Source: Auanema rhodensis
Taxonomy: Eukaryota; Animalia; Nematoda
Reading direction: 5' to 3'
Assembly (NCBI GenBank): GCA_964057225.1
Contig: OZ059895.1
Coordinates: 14,446,001 to 14,510,000 of the forward strand
DNA length: 64,000 nucleotides
Position numbers and translations under genes: made by a program. This document shows, in pieces, positions 39,978-52,926 of the stretch. The notes beneath the pieces were generated by a model. That model was not told where the DNA came from. It did not search any database and saw only the letters and a list, made by a program, of their open reading frames with translations. How positions within the stretch are numbered: position 1 is the first letter of the stretch; each line of letters begins with the position of its first letter.

Positions 39978-40781
39978 GTTTATAATTTCATTCGAGATTT
40001 TACAGTCATCATCCTCATCCTGAGGCTCATCAGTCTCATCAACGTCATTTCCACAGCTTCATCGTCATGATCTTCAATTCAAGTGATCATTAAATACTAC
40101 ATATAGTATAAGATTCATTATCAAAATTATCTTTTTTTTTCTCCCAAAGGAATTTTTAATTTCCAAATTTCTACATTCTCCTCCTTCTTCTCTTGTTTCT
40201 TCTCATCATCATCATCATCGTTGTCGTCGTCTTCTTCTTCTTCTCAGGACTATTTTCCATCGTTAATGGATGGATTTCCTACATAAATTTTCTAAACTAT
40301 TACTATATAATCTATAATGTAATATATCATTTATTCAATCTTTTCATTATTCCTTTCAAGCTTTAATCTCTATATCTCTCAAGCATTAATTTTTCTTTTT
40401 TTTCTCTTAATTCTCTGTATATCTCAATGTTTTTCTCTCAACTCTCATATTCTTTCAATCTTCTTCTTCTTCTCCTCCTCCTCCTCCTCCATTTCTCTCA
40501 TCTACTACTACTACTACTCCTTCTCCTTCTTCTTCTTCTTCTTCTTCTTCTTCTTCTTCACATATGAGACAACAATTATCCAACAGCAATTAGTCTCGAA
40601 GTCGTCAGCCGACAACTATTTCCAACCTAATCTTAAGCAAAAACTTTTTTATTCCTCACCCAATCCTTTATCCACTACCTATCTCATCAAACATCATTTT
40701 TTCGCGCATTATTATTAAACTTCCTTATTGATATGCTATATATATTCTAATTATATGATATAGTTATATTATATTTCAGTT

Positions 40782-41350
40782 ATGTTATTCTTGGCATTTC
40801 TCCTAATAAGTTATACATATGCATATCCGAGATTGGAACGTCAAGCTACAGGTAAGCTACAACTTTCATATTAATCCTTTTCATCTATGTAGTCTTTGTT
40901 TCAAATTACTAATTATGCTATAATAGTTAATATGTTTAACATTATACTAATCAGCTTCTTAGTTGAAACTATTTAGTTTTTTTTTCTTTTCTTTTATTTT
41001 TTTATTTTAAAAAGAACAAATTAACATCCATAGCCGCTTCAGATGACAGAATGCCTCGTTTATTTTATCCACATAGAGAGCCTGAACGTCCTTGTAAGTC
41101 TCAATTGGTGTCATCTTTGTGCTTCTACCTCTTACCTCAAATCCTCTCCAATGTTCTCTCTCACTCACTCCCTCTCTCCCCCCCTCCTCCCTCTCTCTTT
41201 CCCTCTCTTTATTTTCTTAATTCAACTCGACAGTTCCTAGTTATAGTTACAACTATTTAAGTTTATTCTAACATATTTTAATTATTTTAGTCGTATTTAC
41301 AATTATTTTTAGTTATTGTGACTTTGTTTTCTTTATTTTCTCTCTCTCTC

Positions 41351-41382
<32 letters not shown>

Positions 41383-43244
41383 AATCTCTCTCTCATATCT
41401 CATCTTCAGCGGCTTCAATCTTTAGTTCATCTATGTATGTGCTTTCATTTCATCATTACTTTCTGATTTAACCCATTACTGATGAGTAACTCTTCTAGCT
41501 TTCGTACGACCACTTCATTCCGCTTCTATCTTATCACAATCTTTCATCGAACCACTCGTCACTACCGTAAACCCGGATCACACTATTCACAAACCAGGTT
41601 TATTCCAAGAAAAGTATTTTGAAAATAAAAAATATTCATAATTAAACCTGATTATCACGTACTATGTCGTTAAAAATTTTCATGTTTATCTCATATATCA
41701 TGAACGTTTGGCTCGAATCACGATGCACGCAAAGGTCAATTATCTTTTCTCGCACTCTTCTTTCAAGCTTTAACCTTCTTTCAAGCTTTTACTTTCTCTC
41801 TCTCTCTCTTTCTTTCTCTCTCTCTCTACATGTATATCTTGTTTTCAATTTCATCCCTTCAAAGAAACACATAATACACTCACATTAGTTATAACTATTT
41901 CACATAGTTAGCAATAGACAATTATACTATTTCAAACATTCAAGGGCCGGTAGATTCAAATGCCGAAAACCTTCGTTCACTGGACAGAACTGTCGATATT
42001 GACGGTGATGGACATCTGTCCTTAGAAGAAGTTCAATATGCAGCCTTTGTACATCATGGCCTTTCCGGCTCTGTTGTCAAAGACATGTTCAAACAGGTAA
42101 TTTCTCTTCTTTTTCTTTTCGACGATACATGCACGCAGCACACTAGCATCACGTGTACTGCGTGACAGGCACGTGTATCTCATTTTGATTTAATGCAACA
42201 CAAATGCGGCTGCATTTTATAATTTATATTATAGTTTATAAGTTAATTATAATATTTTACAGGTTGACACAAATCACGATAATTATCTTACATCTGAAGA
42301 ATTTAATAATATTCGACCATTAGTTATTGAAAAAGCTGAAAATGCTGCTCAACATTATTTACAGGTACTTTTAATTATTATTATTATAGTTAGATATATG
42401 ATATAGTTATTTATATATATATATTATATGTATATCCTTTTTAAGACTGTTGACTTGGATCATAATCAATTACTATCATTGCCTGAGGCACAAGCTTATC
42501 TTCTTCGTGAATATGGAATTGGTAAGTTTACACAATGCATCTTTGAACAACGAGCTTACAGCTTACAGCTTATCATAAATCTCTTTCATATGATCGTTTT
42601 CAGGTTCCCGAGATGTTGAACGAATTTGGAAGCTTGTGAATCCAGATGCTAAAGCTCAAATGGACGCTGCGGACTTTGCCAAGTTACGTCGACGCGTACG
42701 CGGAATGAGCATTCGTCTCAGTCGCCAAATCATGAAGGTCTGCAAAACGTTGAATGTCAATTCCAAATCTTATCCATCACACATTACAGTATGCTGATGT
42801 TAATGCCGATAATCACATTTCATTAGATGAAGCTCAAGCAATTGCTTTTGAACAAGAAGGCATTGGACCAGGTATGTGATGATGTTACTACTTAGCTCAT
42901 TTCATCGACAAATCATTTTTCAATTAACTTTCTAAATGAATGGAAAGAAAGATGTGAGAAATTAGCATAACACACATGTTCTATATGTGGATGTGACGAC
43001 AAAACCATTTTTGAATTACTATTCAAAGCATATTTCACATCATATTCAAAGTTTTCTCATATAAACTCTATGTGAGAAGAAAGTGCGTCATTGCATAGTA
43101 AATCTTCAACCTACCAAGCTGTATGTATGTACATTCCCACAATCGTTTACTTGAATTTTTCATCTATTTTGTCTTTGATAATACGTAAAAAAGGGTATTT
43201 TGATAAGAACTTTCATTCTACTTTACTATTTGAAAATGGAAAAC

Positions 43245-43293
<49 letters not shown>

Positions 43294-44748
43294 TTCATTA
43301 AGTTCAGATCACAACGAAACTATTGTTTTTAAACAATTTCTTCTTAGGAGATGTTGCTGAGATGATGGCCTCCGTTGATGACAACCAAGACGGTGAGCTT
43401 AATGCTCCTGAATTTGCTGACTTTGAGCGAATTGTTCGTGCTCGTGCCATTGAAACGAGCAAGAAAGCGTTAAAGGTTCAGATATATAACAGATCAAGCT
43501 CATATAATCCTCATATCTCAGGTTGTTGATGCTGACGGAAGTGGAACCTTGAAATTGGATGAAGCTAAGAGAATTGCATTCGAACATTACGGATTTGATG
43601 AGACAGTATATTCCTGTTTTGATATAGTATTTATCATTAATCCGCTTAGGTTCTGGCTCCATTTTTCGATCAGGCTGATGAGAATGAGGACGGACAGCTG
43701 GATACCGTCGAATTTGCCGGATTCCGATCTGTCATCCGTAATCGCGCAGTCAGTGATGCTATCCCAGTTCTCAAGGTAAGAACTTGTGATAGTTGTTATT
43801 GTTTCTGCTGCTGCTGCTGATGATAATGATAATGATAATGATATTTTAATAATTTACAGGACGCCGACTTAGACGGTGATGGCGTAATCAGTCTTGATGA
43901 AGCTGCAGAGAAAACCAAACGCGAAGATGACTTAGAAGAATTTGAGACAAAAGCTTTGTTCACATTAGCTGATCAGGTTAGAATATAATATTCGTATAGT
44001 ATATAGGTAATGTCAATTATTCAGAATAAAAGCGGAAAATTGGATAAAGTTGAATTAGCGGACTTCATTCGACTAGTTCGTCTATCAGCAATCAAGTTTG
44101 CTACTGACCATTTCAAGGTAATATCACTATTTGTATTGTTAACTATATCATTTTATATATACTATATGATAAAATAATCAATATTCATATATTATATTTA
44201 AGGAATTTGATACAAATGGTGATAAGATTGTAACATTAGACGAGCTTGCGCAGCTGATCGAAACCAAGTATGGTGTTCCAATAGAGATTACACGCAAATT
44301 TTTCGATAAAGTGGACGTCGATCATTCCGGAGAATTGATTCCAGCTGAAATTGTCGATTTCCGGTAAGTTATTTTACAACAAAAAGCTGGTCAGTATTTG
44401 GCTATCAGATTGCATTCGTCTTCCTTTTACTCAGCTTTCCGTGAATTTTGTTTGAAATAAGAGGAAGTGACGTCAATCATGTTCTTGTGTCATTCATTTC
44501 AAAAGAGATTCAGTAATGAATACTTTGCTTGTAATAGTTTCCTTTGAACTAGAAATCAAATACTAAGATAGAAAGAGAATAATGTTTAAAAAAAGAAAAA
44601 AAATGTTGGAGATCAAACCAACATGATGAACCGTTCAATTAAAGTTTACCCACGTCATTAACACGTGAACAGCAATTAATATGCAAATCAATTTAAAAAT
44701 AGAAAGGAAGAGAGAGAGAGAGAGAGAGAGTGAGAGGGAGAAAGAGAT

Positions 44749-44805
<57 letters not shown>

Positions 44806-47800
44806 AAGATATATGTCGATTATATAAATTGAATTAATTTATAAATTAGTAATTATTAATGAAAAAAAATTAAAAATTATCTATTTTCAGACATGAAATC
44901 CGAAAATATGTTGCTTCTCTGCCAGCCGTCAGCATCGATGATACCACTAGAGATGAAATGAAAGTAAGGCAACTGATTAACTCGCATCTGCAACGAGCTG
45001 TGGTGACACATTAAAAGTTTTTTTATTTATTCTGACCTTACATCGCAATTTCATCATCTAAACAACAACAAAAATCTTTTTTATTTGTTTATTTTTTCAT
45101 AAAATAAAAGAGAAAAAAATAATTTTTTTGCAGAAAAAAGAAAAAGAAAAAGAAAAAAAGTTCTAATAATGATCATCCAAATTGGATGTTTCAAAATGCA
45201 TATACTTGTTTATCCATTTGGATTACTTAAATCCATCATTCGTTTGAAAATAGTAGAAATTCATCGAAGATATAATCTGTATATACAATTAAATTAATAA
45301 ATTGAATTATTCCATCAGACTTCTTTTTTTTTCTTTTCTTTTGTTTATTTTCGTCGTTTTTGTCGTCTTTTTCTGGTCAAGTTTTTATTTTTTTTTCAAG
45401 TTTTCTGGCTTGTCTCCATCCATGCATGCATCATCATCATCACCCTCACGTACCCAGCTTTTTTTCCTTTTATTTTTTCAAATATCAAATATTTTTTCCA
45501 ACTTAATTTGCATCCGTAGAGCATGATTTTACAGACACCATCACCTGTTTCAAGTAGTTCCTCCAGCCACACAGCACTAAACACTGTCTCCACTGCTCAT
45601 GAGAGTACAACTACACAGGTTCACTATTCAATTCTACTTTAATTCATTTTCTACTGACTCGTTATTAACTATTTGCATGACGTCATATATGTATAATAAT
45701 ACTAATTATATATTTATTTTAATTATATGTATTTATATTTATATATATTTAACTAACGATTTTAATGTGTATGTATGTGTGTGTGTGTGTGTGTGTGTTA
45801 TATTTGGAAACTAGTGTCAGGGACAAGACAAATAGCTTTTTGACTGTAAAATTCATTGAGGTATTCATAACTTCAGGAAAATGGAAAAGCAACTAGACAC
45901 ATATCACCTGCTTTTAAGAATCCTTCTCGCCCATCGAAGGTATTATGAAGAAATGGTTTTCAAAATGAATTAACTTGAATATGGCTGGTTACCAGTCCAG
46001 TGTAATTGAGAATTCGAGAAGACATACATGCATGCATGTGATGATATACGAGTGAGGGTAGTTGTAAGATTGAAGCTTAGATGTTACAACCGATTATTGC
46101 GTTAATTTGATTCAAAATGAAACTTTCATTTGACGTCACGTCAACGAGATATACTATGCTAATTATTATAGTCATCATTAAATATAATCAAGTTAAATGT
46201 GAAGTAAGATGAATGAAAAGTGAAAATTAAAATATTAAAATTTCAAAAATCATGTAAAACCCATTGAATAAACTGTTTCTAATCTTAGGCGCATGCTGTA
46301 ACAACAGAAGTTCATGAGAACGATATTCACTCGCTTAACCAACCAATCAAAACTGCTGTCCAACTCAAATTCCTTACAACTCCTCGTTCATTCAGCGCAA
46401 CTCACCCAACCACAATCACAGAATTACTAACTGACTCACAACAAAATTTCGTAACACCAACAATCACAGTAACAACAACAACAACGACGACACGAAGACC
46501 AGCTAATCCTTGGCGTCACTGGCGTCATCAATTAACTTCGACTGTTGGCGTTGACACTAATAATGATAATCAGCTAACAACCGATACACTAAGCCAAATA
46601 GCTGAGTTAACTGAGCTTAAAACGACAACTTCTTTCACTCCATCTACATCAGCTATTATTGAAGAAACATCAACAGTGGCTACAGAAGCTACGACTGAAG
46701 CTACTTCTAAAGCTACAACCAGGCGTACTACCAGAGCCAGGACCAAGCATACTACTGTAGCAACGACAGAACCTACCACGGTAGCAACAACAGAACTTAC
46801 AACTGAAGCTGCTACAAAAGCTGCTACAGAAGCTACCACTGAAGGTGCTACTGAAGCTACTACAGAAGCTGCAACAGAAGCAACAACAGAAGCAACAACA
46901 GGAGCTATAACAGAAGCTATAACAGAAGCTACTAGTCAAACTGCAACTATAGCCATCTCTGAAGCTACAGCTGAAACTTCTACCGTCGGTACAACTGCAG
47001 CCATCACTACAACTACCAACGAAGCAACAATTCAAGCAACTAGTGAAGTAGTTACCGAAGCAAAAACTGAAGCTGCTACAGTAGAAGTTAAATCTATTCA
47101 ACTAGCAACTACAATAGAAGGTTCAGCTGAAAGTCCATTTGAGAAAGACAACTCATCCGAAGGTTCTGGAGAAGCTATGTTCGAATCTTCTGGAGAGATT
47201 CCAACTGACACTTCCATGCATCTTCTAGCGAATGAATTACTGAGTGAAAATATAATCGGTCCTAATAGCTTAAGTAACACTCAATCAAAGGAATTAAAGG
47301 ATATCGAAGCTTTAAACAATTCCACAGCCTTGTCCGTTGAAAATGAAAACCAAAAATCTGAAGAAATTCAACTGTCACTTGATAATGAAAACAAGAAGAG
47401 AGCCGATGTGTCAATCACCGAGCTTGAAGGTTCCGGAACATTTTTCAATGAGGAAGTCGACAGAAAATCATCTTCTACTACAAGTGTTTGTCTAGATTTT
47501 ATAAAGCTTTATGCTTTCTGCACCTTTGCACTTAACGCAACATTAATCATTTAACTTTCAAAGTTCAAATCTAATCTATTTATTTTCAGCCAACTTCTTC
47601 AACAACTGTTGCTGAAGATATTGAATACGAGGTCATCGCCGTAGAAGTTGATGAAAAGGGTAACGAGATCTCCAGACGACCAATCGATGATGTGACAGAA
47701 CGACGTCGCTTGATCGAAGAGCAAAAGCGTCTTCTGAACATTCCTGCTAGTGCTGAAGTTGAATACTTGGACAGCGATGACGGCGCTGAGTCTGGTGATG

Positions 47801-47985
47801 GAAAATCCAAAAGCAGTATGTTTCATAAAATCTATGACCACGTTACTGAATAATCCAATCTTGTAGCTAGGAGGAAAGTAAGTCGAGCCGATGACGCAGA
47901 AGTAGAAATTGTTGAATACATTGAAGAAGAAGACAATAATTCAACAGCTAAACCATCAACGACGACTGCGCCGACAGAGGCATAG
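40782..47985 (+). CDS. Secreted multi-EF-hand protein with Thr-rich mucin-like region and acidic tail
   Basis: Signal peptide MLFLAFLLISYTYA. EF loops DIDGDGHLSLEE, DTNHDNYLTSEE, DLDHNQLLSLPE, (NPDAKAQMDAAD), DVNADNHISLDE, DDNQDGELNAPE, DADGSGTLKLDE, DENEDGQLDTVE, DLDGDGVISLDE, DQNKSGKLDKVE, DTNGDKIVTLDE, DVDHSGELIPAE. Then a long T/E/A exon (46289-47484) ending ...TTAPTEA*. The link between the EF part and the mucin part is inferred from splice phase. Confidence 0.82.
46670..47085 (+). repeat. Coding 12-nt degenerate repeat (ATTE/AATE/AITE) in the mucin-like exon
   Basis: ATEATTEATSK...EAATEATTEGATEATTEAATEATTEATTGAITEAITEA. Confidence 0.85.
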
Positions 47986-49528
47986 GAGAGATATGCTAAC
48001 AACCTATTCAACTTGTAATAATTATAATAACCCAGAAAAATTAATAAAGAGCAGTGCCATATAAAACAAAAACTTTTTTCTTAATAGTAGTTATAACATA
48101 AACATAGATGCATAATAATCTGAAATTACAATTGAATTCCCTCAAGGAAAGATTAACTGCTAGGGGGGCTAACGGCCTAAAAAAGCAAAAGTAGTAAAGA
48201 AGACGACTTAAAAGCTGGAATAAGAGTATGATGAGTGATGTGCTGGCTTGACACTGCCTTCTGGATCTTCAAAAAGACTGCCCAGCAGTCGCATGCAGCA
48301 ACTGGAGAGCCTACATAGATAGCTATGCACCAGAAGCATAAATCAGAGTAAAGCCGACAATTATAGATAGAGATATACACAGAAAATAACCATAAAGAGG
48401 GCAGAGTAATATACAAATCAACTATATAGATAGAATACCGGGATTATTCAGTCCATCATGACAACGGGAGAGGTATGGCTTCCAACAACAAACGAACGAA
48501 AGGTGCATAGCTCAAAGAGAGATGAGAAAGAGAGAGATAGAAGGCTTGAGGAGAGAGAGAAAGTGAATCCAACTAAACTATAAATGGAGGCTATAAAATA
48601 AATGGGTTCAAATAGTATAACAACGGGTTTCGGCAAGTCATTGCGGGTAGGTGGGTGGAGATGATGGCTAGAATTGGTGATGAAGTTGCGTTGGATGTGT
48701 AAACGATCAGAAGAAAGGAGTGACAGTGAAGGGAAACTTGCAACTAAAGCCCTGAGAACCATAAGTGGAATTGTAGTTGAGTTTCTATAGTAAAACATGA
48801 ATAGAGCCAGCACACCGGATGAGTGAAGAAAACGTCAGTGCATCAAATTGGGTCACAACTCAACTTCTGGCAAAGGAAAGCTAGTTTCAACTACTTCTCT
48901 AATAAAAAATCTATTTAAAAGTGCGAAAAAGTAATGTGTGAGGTGCAGACTAAAATTCATAGCGTATCTAGAAATATATCTGTAAACTGTTTGCACTTAC
49001 GTGCCAAAAAAAAACAACAAAAAAGGATAACGGTAAATATCACCACGATAGTGCGCAGAATAATATAAGGATACAAATTTTAAAATAAAATGGAGGAGTT
49101 TACGACAACTACCAATGGAGTTAGCAGTTGGAAAACAGTAACAAGGGAAAACGTATGAAACAGAGTATTCTGTAAGAGAACAAGAGAGACTTTCGGATGT
49201 TGAAATTAGGATATTGCTGATGACGACACGCAAACAACACAATGCCCAAAAAGGTTAGAGACGATAACTTTGTGTCGTAGTGGCGCAAACTTGGTTGAAC
49301 TTGTAGTAGTATAATACCTGGATGAATTGCATGTAAAGAGACCATCGGGACATATAGAGTATATGTATAAGGTGGATGAACAGTGGTTACGGATTCCGAT
49401 TATTCGAGCCTTCGCCTTGACCACTATGGTCAGGACAGGCGATCTTAAAGCAGAATCCGATTAAACACTTGTGCAGTACAGCTTAAACGTTGAAAATTCA
49501 AAATAAAGTAAAATATTGAATTCGAACC

Positions 49529-52500
49529 TTAATCATCCATGTTGGCTATAGCAGCAAATTTATTTCCCGTCAAATTTTTTCCAACTTTCGCAGACTCTTT
49601 CTAAAAGAAACAAAATAATAAACAGATAAATAAAGATATCACCAACCTTAACTTTCTTCTTGTCTTTCTTCTTATTATTGCTATCTTCGGTTGAAACTGA
49701 AGCATCAGCAGCAATGTGAGCGACTGGAGCCTTCTGGATTTCCTTCGAAGGTGCTTCTTTATGCTCATTATGTTGAGGAGGTTGACTTGAGGGAACAGGG
49801 GCTGTTTTCTTTTTCTAAAAAGTTGATTAAGAATCGTTTTTACAGTAAAAATATACATCTTCCAATTTTTCTTTAGATGATTCAGACTTTGGTGGCCTGG
49901 AATGTTGATGATCTTTCGCAAGTCTTGTATCATCACGTGGCGGTCTACCCTCTTCTTTTGTTGAACGATCCTTTGAACAAAAAATGAAAAAAATGCCAAA
50001 ATCAGATCAAAACCTTATGTCCGCCATAATATCCTCCGCGATTACCACCTCTTTCATGTCGCTTGTAACTTCCACGATTACTTCTTAACGAAGCTTGGGA
50101 ACCATGATGATCCTATTACAAACTATGAGAAAACTTCATCACACAAACTCAAACCTTTCTTTCAACCTTCGGTGGATTATGTTGCCCACTGGTGTCAAGT
50201 TTTTCTCTCGAAACATCTTGCTGACTAGAGTAACTACTTCTTCTATCAGAAGGAATACTACCACGTCCATCACGACCTTGATGACCACCCTGATGCCCAC
50301 CTTGATGCCCACCTTGATGCCCACCTTGATGAACACTTTGATGCCCACCTTGATGAACACCTTGATGACCACCTTGATGAACACCTTGATGACCACCTTG
50401 ATGAACACCTTGATGACCACCGCGTCCACCACGTCCACCACCTCTACCACCTCTATAGGACCTGAATAACTAATTATTACAAAAGTATTGTTATCAGAAA
50501 ATTATGTAACTGTGATTAAATATTCAAAAAGAGTGGAAAATGATAGATAGATAAGAAAATAAGTCAACCTGTTATCACTAATTTGATCAGATGTAGCGCT
50601 TTTCTGTAATGTCCTAGTAAAAGTTCTGACAGAGTGCTGAAAAGAAAAACATCTAGTTCTTTTCAAAATATTTGAGTCCTACGCTTTTCTTGGATGTAGA
50701 ATGTTGTTCTCCAGAGCTTGATGGAGGTGAAGCTACCTTATCTTCCTTCTTATGCAACTCTTCACTAGATCCTATTTGTGTTACAACATTCTGAATAAGA
50801 AATTCTAGAAATGAAGGAGTTAAATAGAGATACTTACGTTATGGTTCTCATTATGATCGCGAGGTTGTTCTGGTATTGAGTCTTTTACCTTTTCCTTATC
50901 TTCCCGTTTCATGATTCTACAATAAGAATTCAATTAAAATTGCTTAAAGCTTGAAATCAGCATACGATATTGATCCTACAATTCCTTCATACTTGGCTGT
51001 TGGCTGTGTTACAACAATAGCCTGATACGTTGGGGCACGTGCATACTGAAGCATAGAACTTAATGAGCAGAGGTTTAACTTAAATCAAAACATACAGCGT
51101 GTTGGTACATGAAATCATGTGGGGGTGGCTTGGTTGGGTCAAAACCACCAGCATGAGCGGGATAATGAAGGTTTTGCTGAGAAGTGCTGGGATGAGGATG
51201 TGGCACAGCTTCGCGCTCTTTTTCTTTTTCACGAGACGTCTGAAACGAAAACGTTCCAAATAAGCACAAAAAAAATTAAAATAACAAACCCGTTCGCGTT
51301 CGGCCGCTAATTTCTTTTCTCTTTCTTGCTTCTCTTCAATTTCTCTGATTTTGTCTGCAGTGTCTACCGGCTTAGCATCACCGAAAATGTCACGAGATGT
51401 TGGTTTCCTAATAGCTTGTTGAGGCTGAAGAAAGTCCTTAGAGTAAAATAAAAAAATTCCGCATTCTTACTCTTTCATCCTCAAAATTATTAATACTTAA
51501 ACGAGAGGAAGTGCGCGACGATAATTCTACACGCCGACGATCTACTTGTTCTGATGTGGTTGATTCCGTCCGAGAACGACTACAAAAATAAAAATGAATA
51601 GAAGAAACATTAGTTAAAATTACTTGATTGCGGCAGGTTTGTCATATTCATAACAGTAGCTATCGCTCCTTTTGTAGTCGTTATTGTGACTAGGTCGTGG
51701 CCGATCTAATGAGTTCCTATAACTTCCCCGGTTTTGATATCCTCCTCGGGAGCCCTAAAAGGTTTCATATTTTAGTTACGTATTGCATGAAAAATATAAT
51801 TTACATAGTTCTGACCACCTCGGAAGTTTTGATTTCCGTATCTATCATCATGATGCCTACCGCCTCGTCCATCTAAAAGAAACATGTCATTTAATTTGAA
51901 AATGTTCACTTTCACATACTTGAATGTCGAGGTAGAGTTGAATAGTTCGGTCGTTGATCGAATGTTCTGAAATACAAAGTATTGCCGGTCCAAAAAAAAG
52001 TTAAACGTACCTTGCATCGTTGCTATACACCGAATTTTGGCTGCCATGATGACTAGCGCGGCTGAATTGTTCCTAAATTGGCGTCAATAAATGATTATCC
52101 ATGAAAAAATATTGTGTACTCTATAATCTCGTTGATCCCTGCTTGATCTTCCACCATAACTATCTCTCGATTCACGTACTGAACTTCCACGATCAGACCT
52201 ATCGATAGGGGCGGGTCTTCTCTCTCTCGAAGCATCAATCACATAAACCTTTAAAAAAATCAAAAATAACCAAAAGAAAAACAACACAAAACAAAACAGA
52301 AGGAAGAAAAAGATATGACTTACCCTCAACTTATTATTGCAGAATTCCGCGCCATTCTTTTCAATTGCTGAAATGAGGCCGGCCTTATCGCTAAATACAA
52401 TTTCTGCATTTCCTGCTGCCGCGTTCACCTGTATACTAAGAATCTGAAACCAAAAAGCGATGAAAAAATGGTTTCAAACATCAAGAATTTACCGTTTTAT

Positions 52501-52926
52501 CTCCACCAAAGAGGTAATATAAATCATGGGGGTCAGACGTTGAAGCAACATTAGTTACCTGAAACATGAAAACCAGTTTTAAGCCAAAACCCTTTTGATA
52601 AACCTGGACAGAGAAAGGAGGCTTGTCAGGAAGTTTCTTCCCATCATATTCGGCAGTTTCAGTACGTTCCTGTTCTTCTTCTTCATCTATGGTACTATTC
52701 AGCTGCTGAAACGGAATGAAGCATCAAAATTGCGAAATATATATGAAACTTACACTAACGCTCACATCTTCCTCCATCATTTTTGCCCATGCTCCAACAG
52801 TGTTCATATCTTCAAAGCCCTAGCAAAGCATAAAATGTAAAAAAAACAAGCAAAAATAAAAACCTGCAGATCCTGGTTCAAAGTTACAACACCACCACCG
52901 GAATCCGCAGGTTCCGAAACAGACAT
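49529..52926 (-). CDS. eIF4B-like RRM protein
   Basis: N-terminal GAWAKMME, LPDKPPFSVQVTNV (RRM start typical of eIF4B/4H), AEIVFSDKAGLISAIEKNG..NNKLRV, DRS/RDY-rich region, SRDIFGDAKPVDTADKIREIEEK motif, RGG region, C-terminal GNKFAAIANMDD*. About 17 exons. Confidence 0.75.
50276..50419 (-). repeat. Coding 12-nt tandem repeat, 12 units, (GGHQ/GVHQ)n
   Basis: Minus-strand GGTGGTCATCAA/GGTGTTCATCAA units following GGRGGGRGGR. Confidence 0.9.

Noticed and set aside
26112-40070. Many ORF-track entries with LSLSLS, RERERE or TTTT runs
   Set aside because: Translations of CT/AG and trinucleotide microsatellites without splice structure or domain motifs.
46570-47280. Antisense ORFs over the mucin exon (Val-rich and Cys/Phe/Ser-rich)
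   Set aside because: Shadow frames of the ATTE repeat.
50095-50469. ORFs with MPTL/MNTL or VIKV repeats
   Set aside because: Alternative frames of the GGHQ repeat exon of the eIF4B-like gene.
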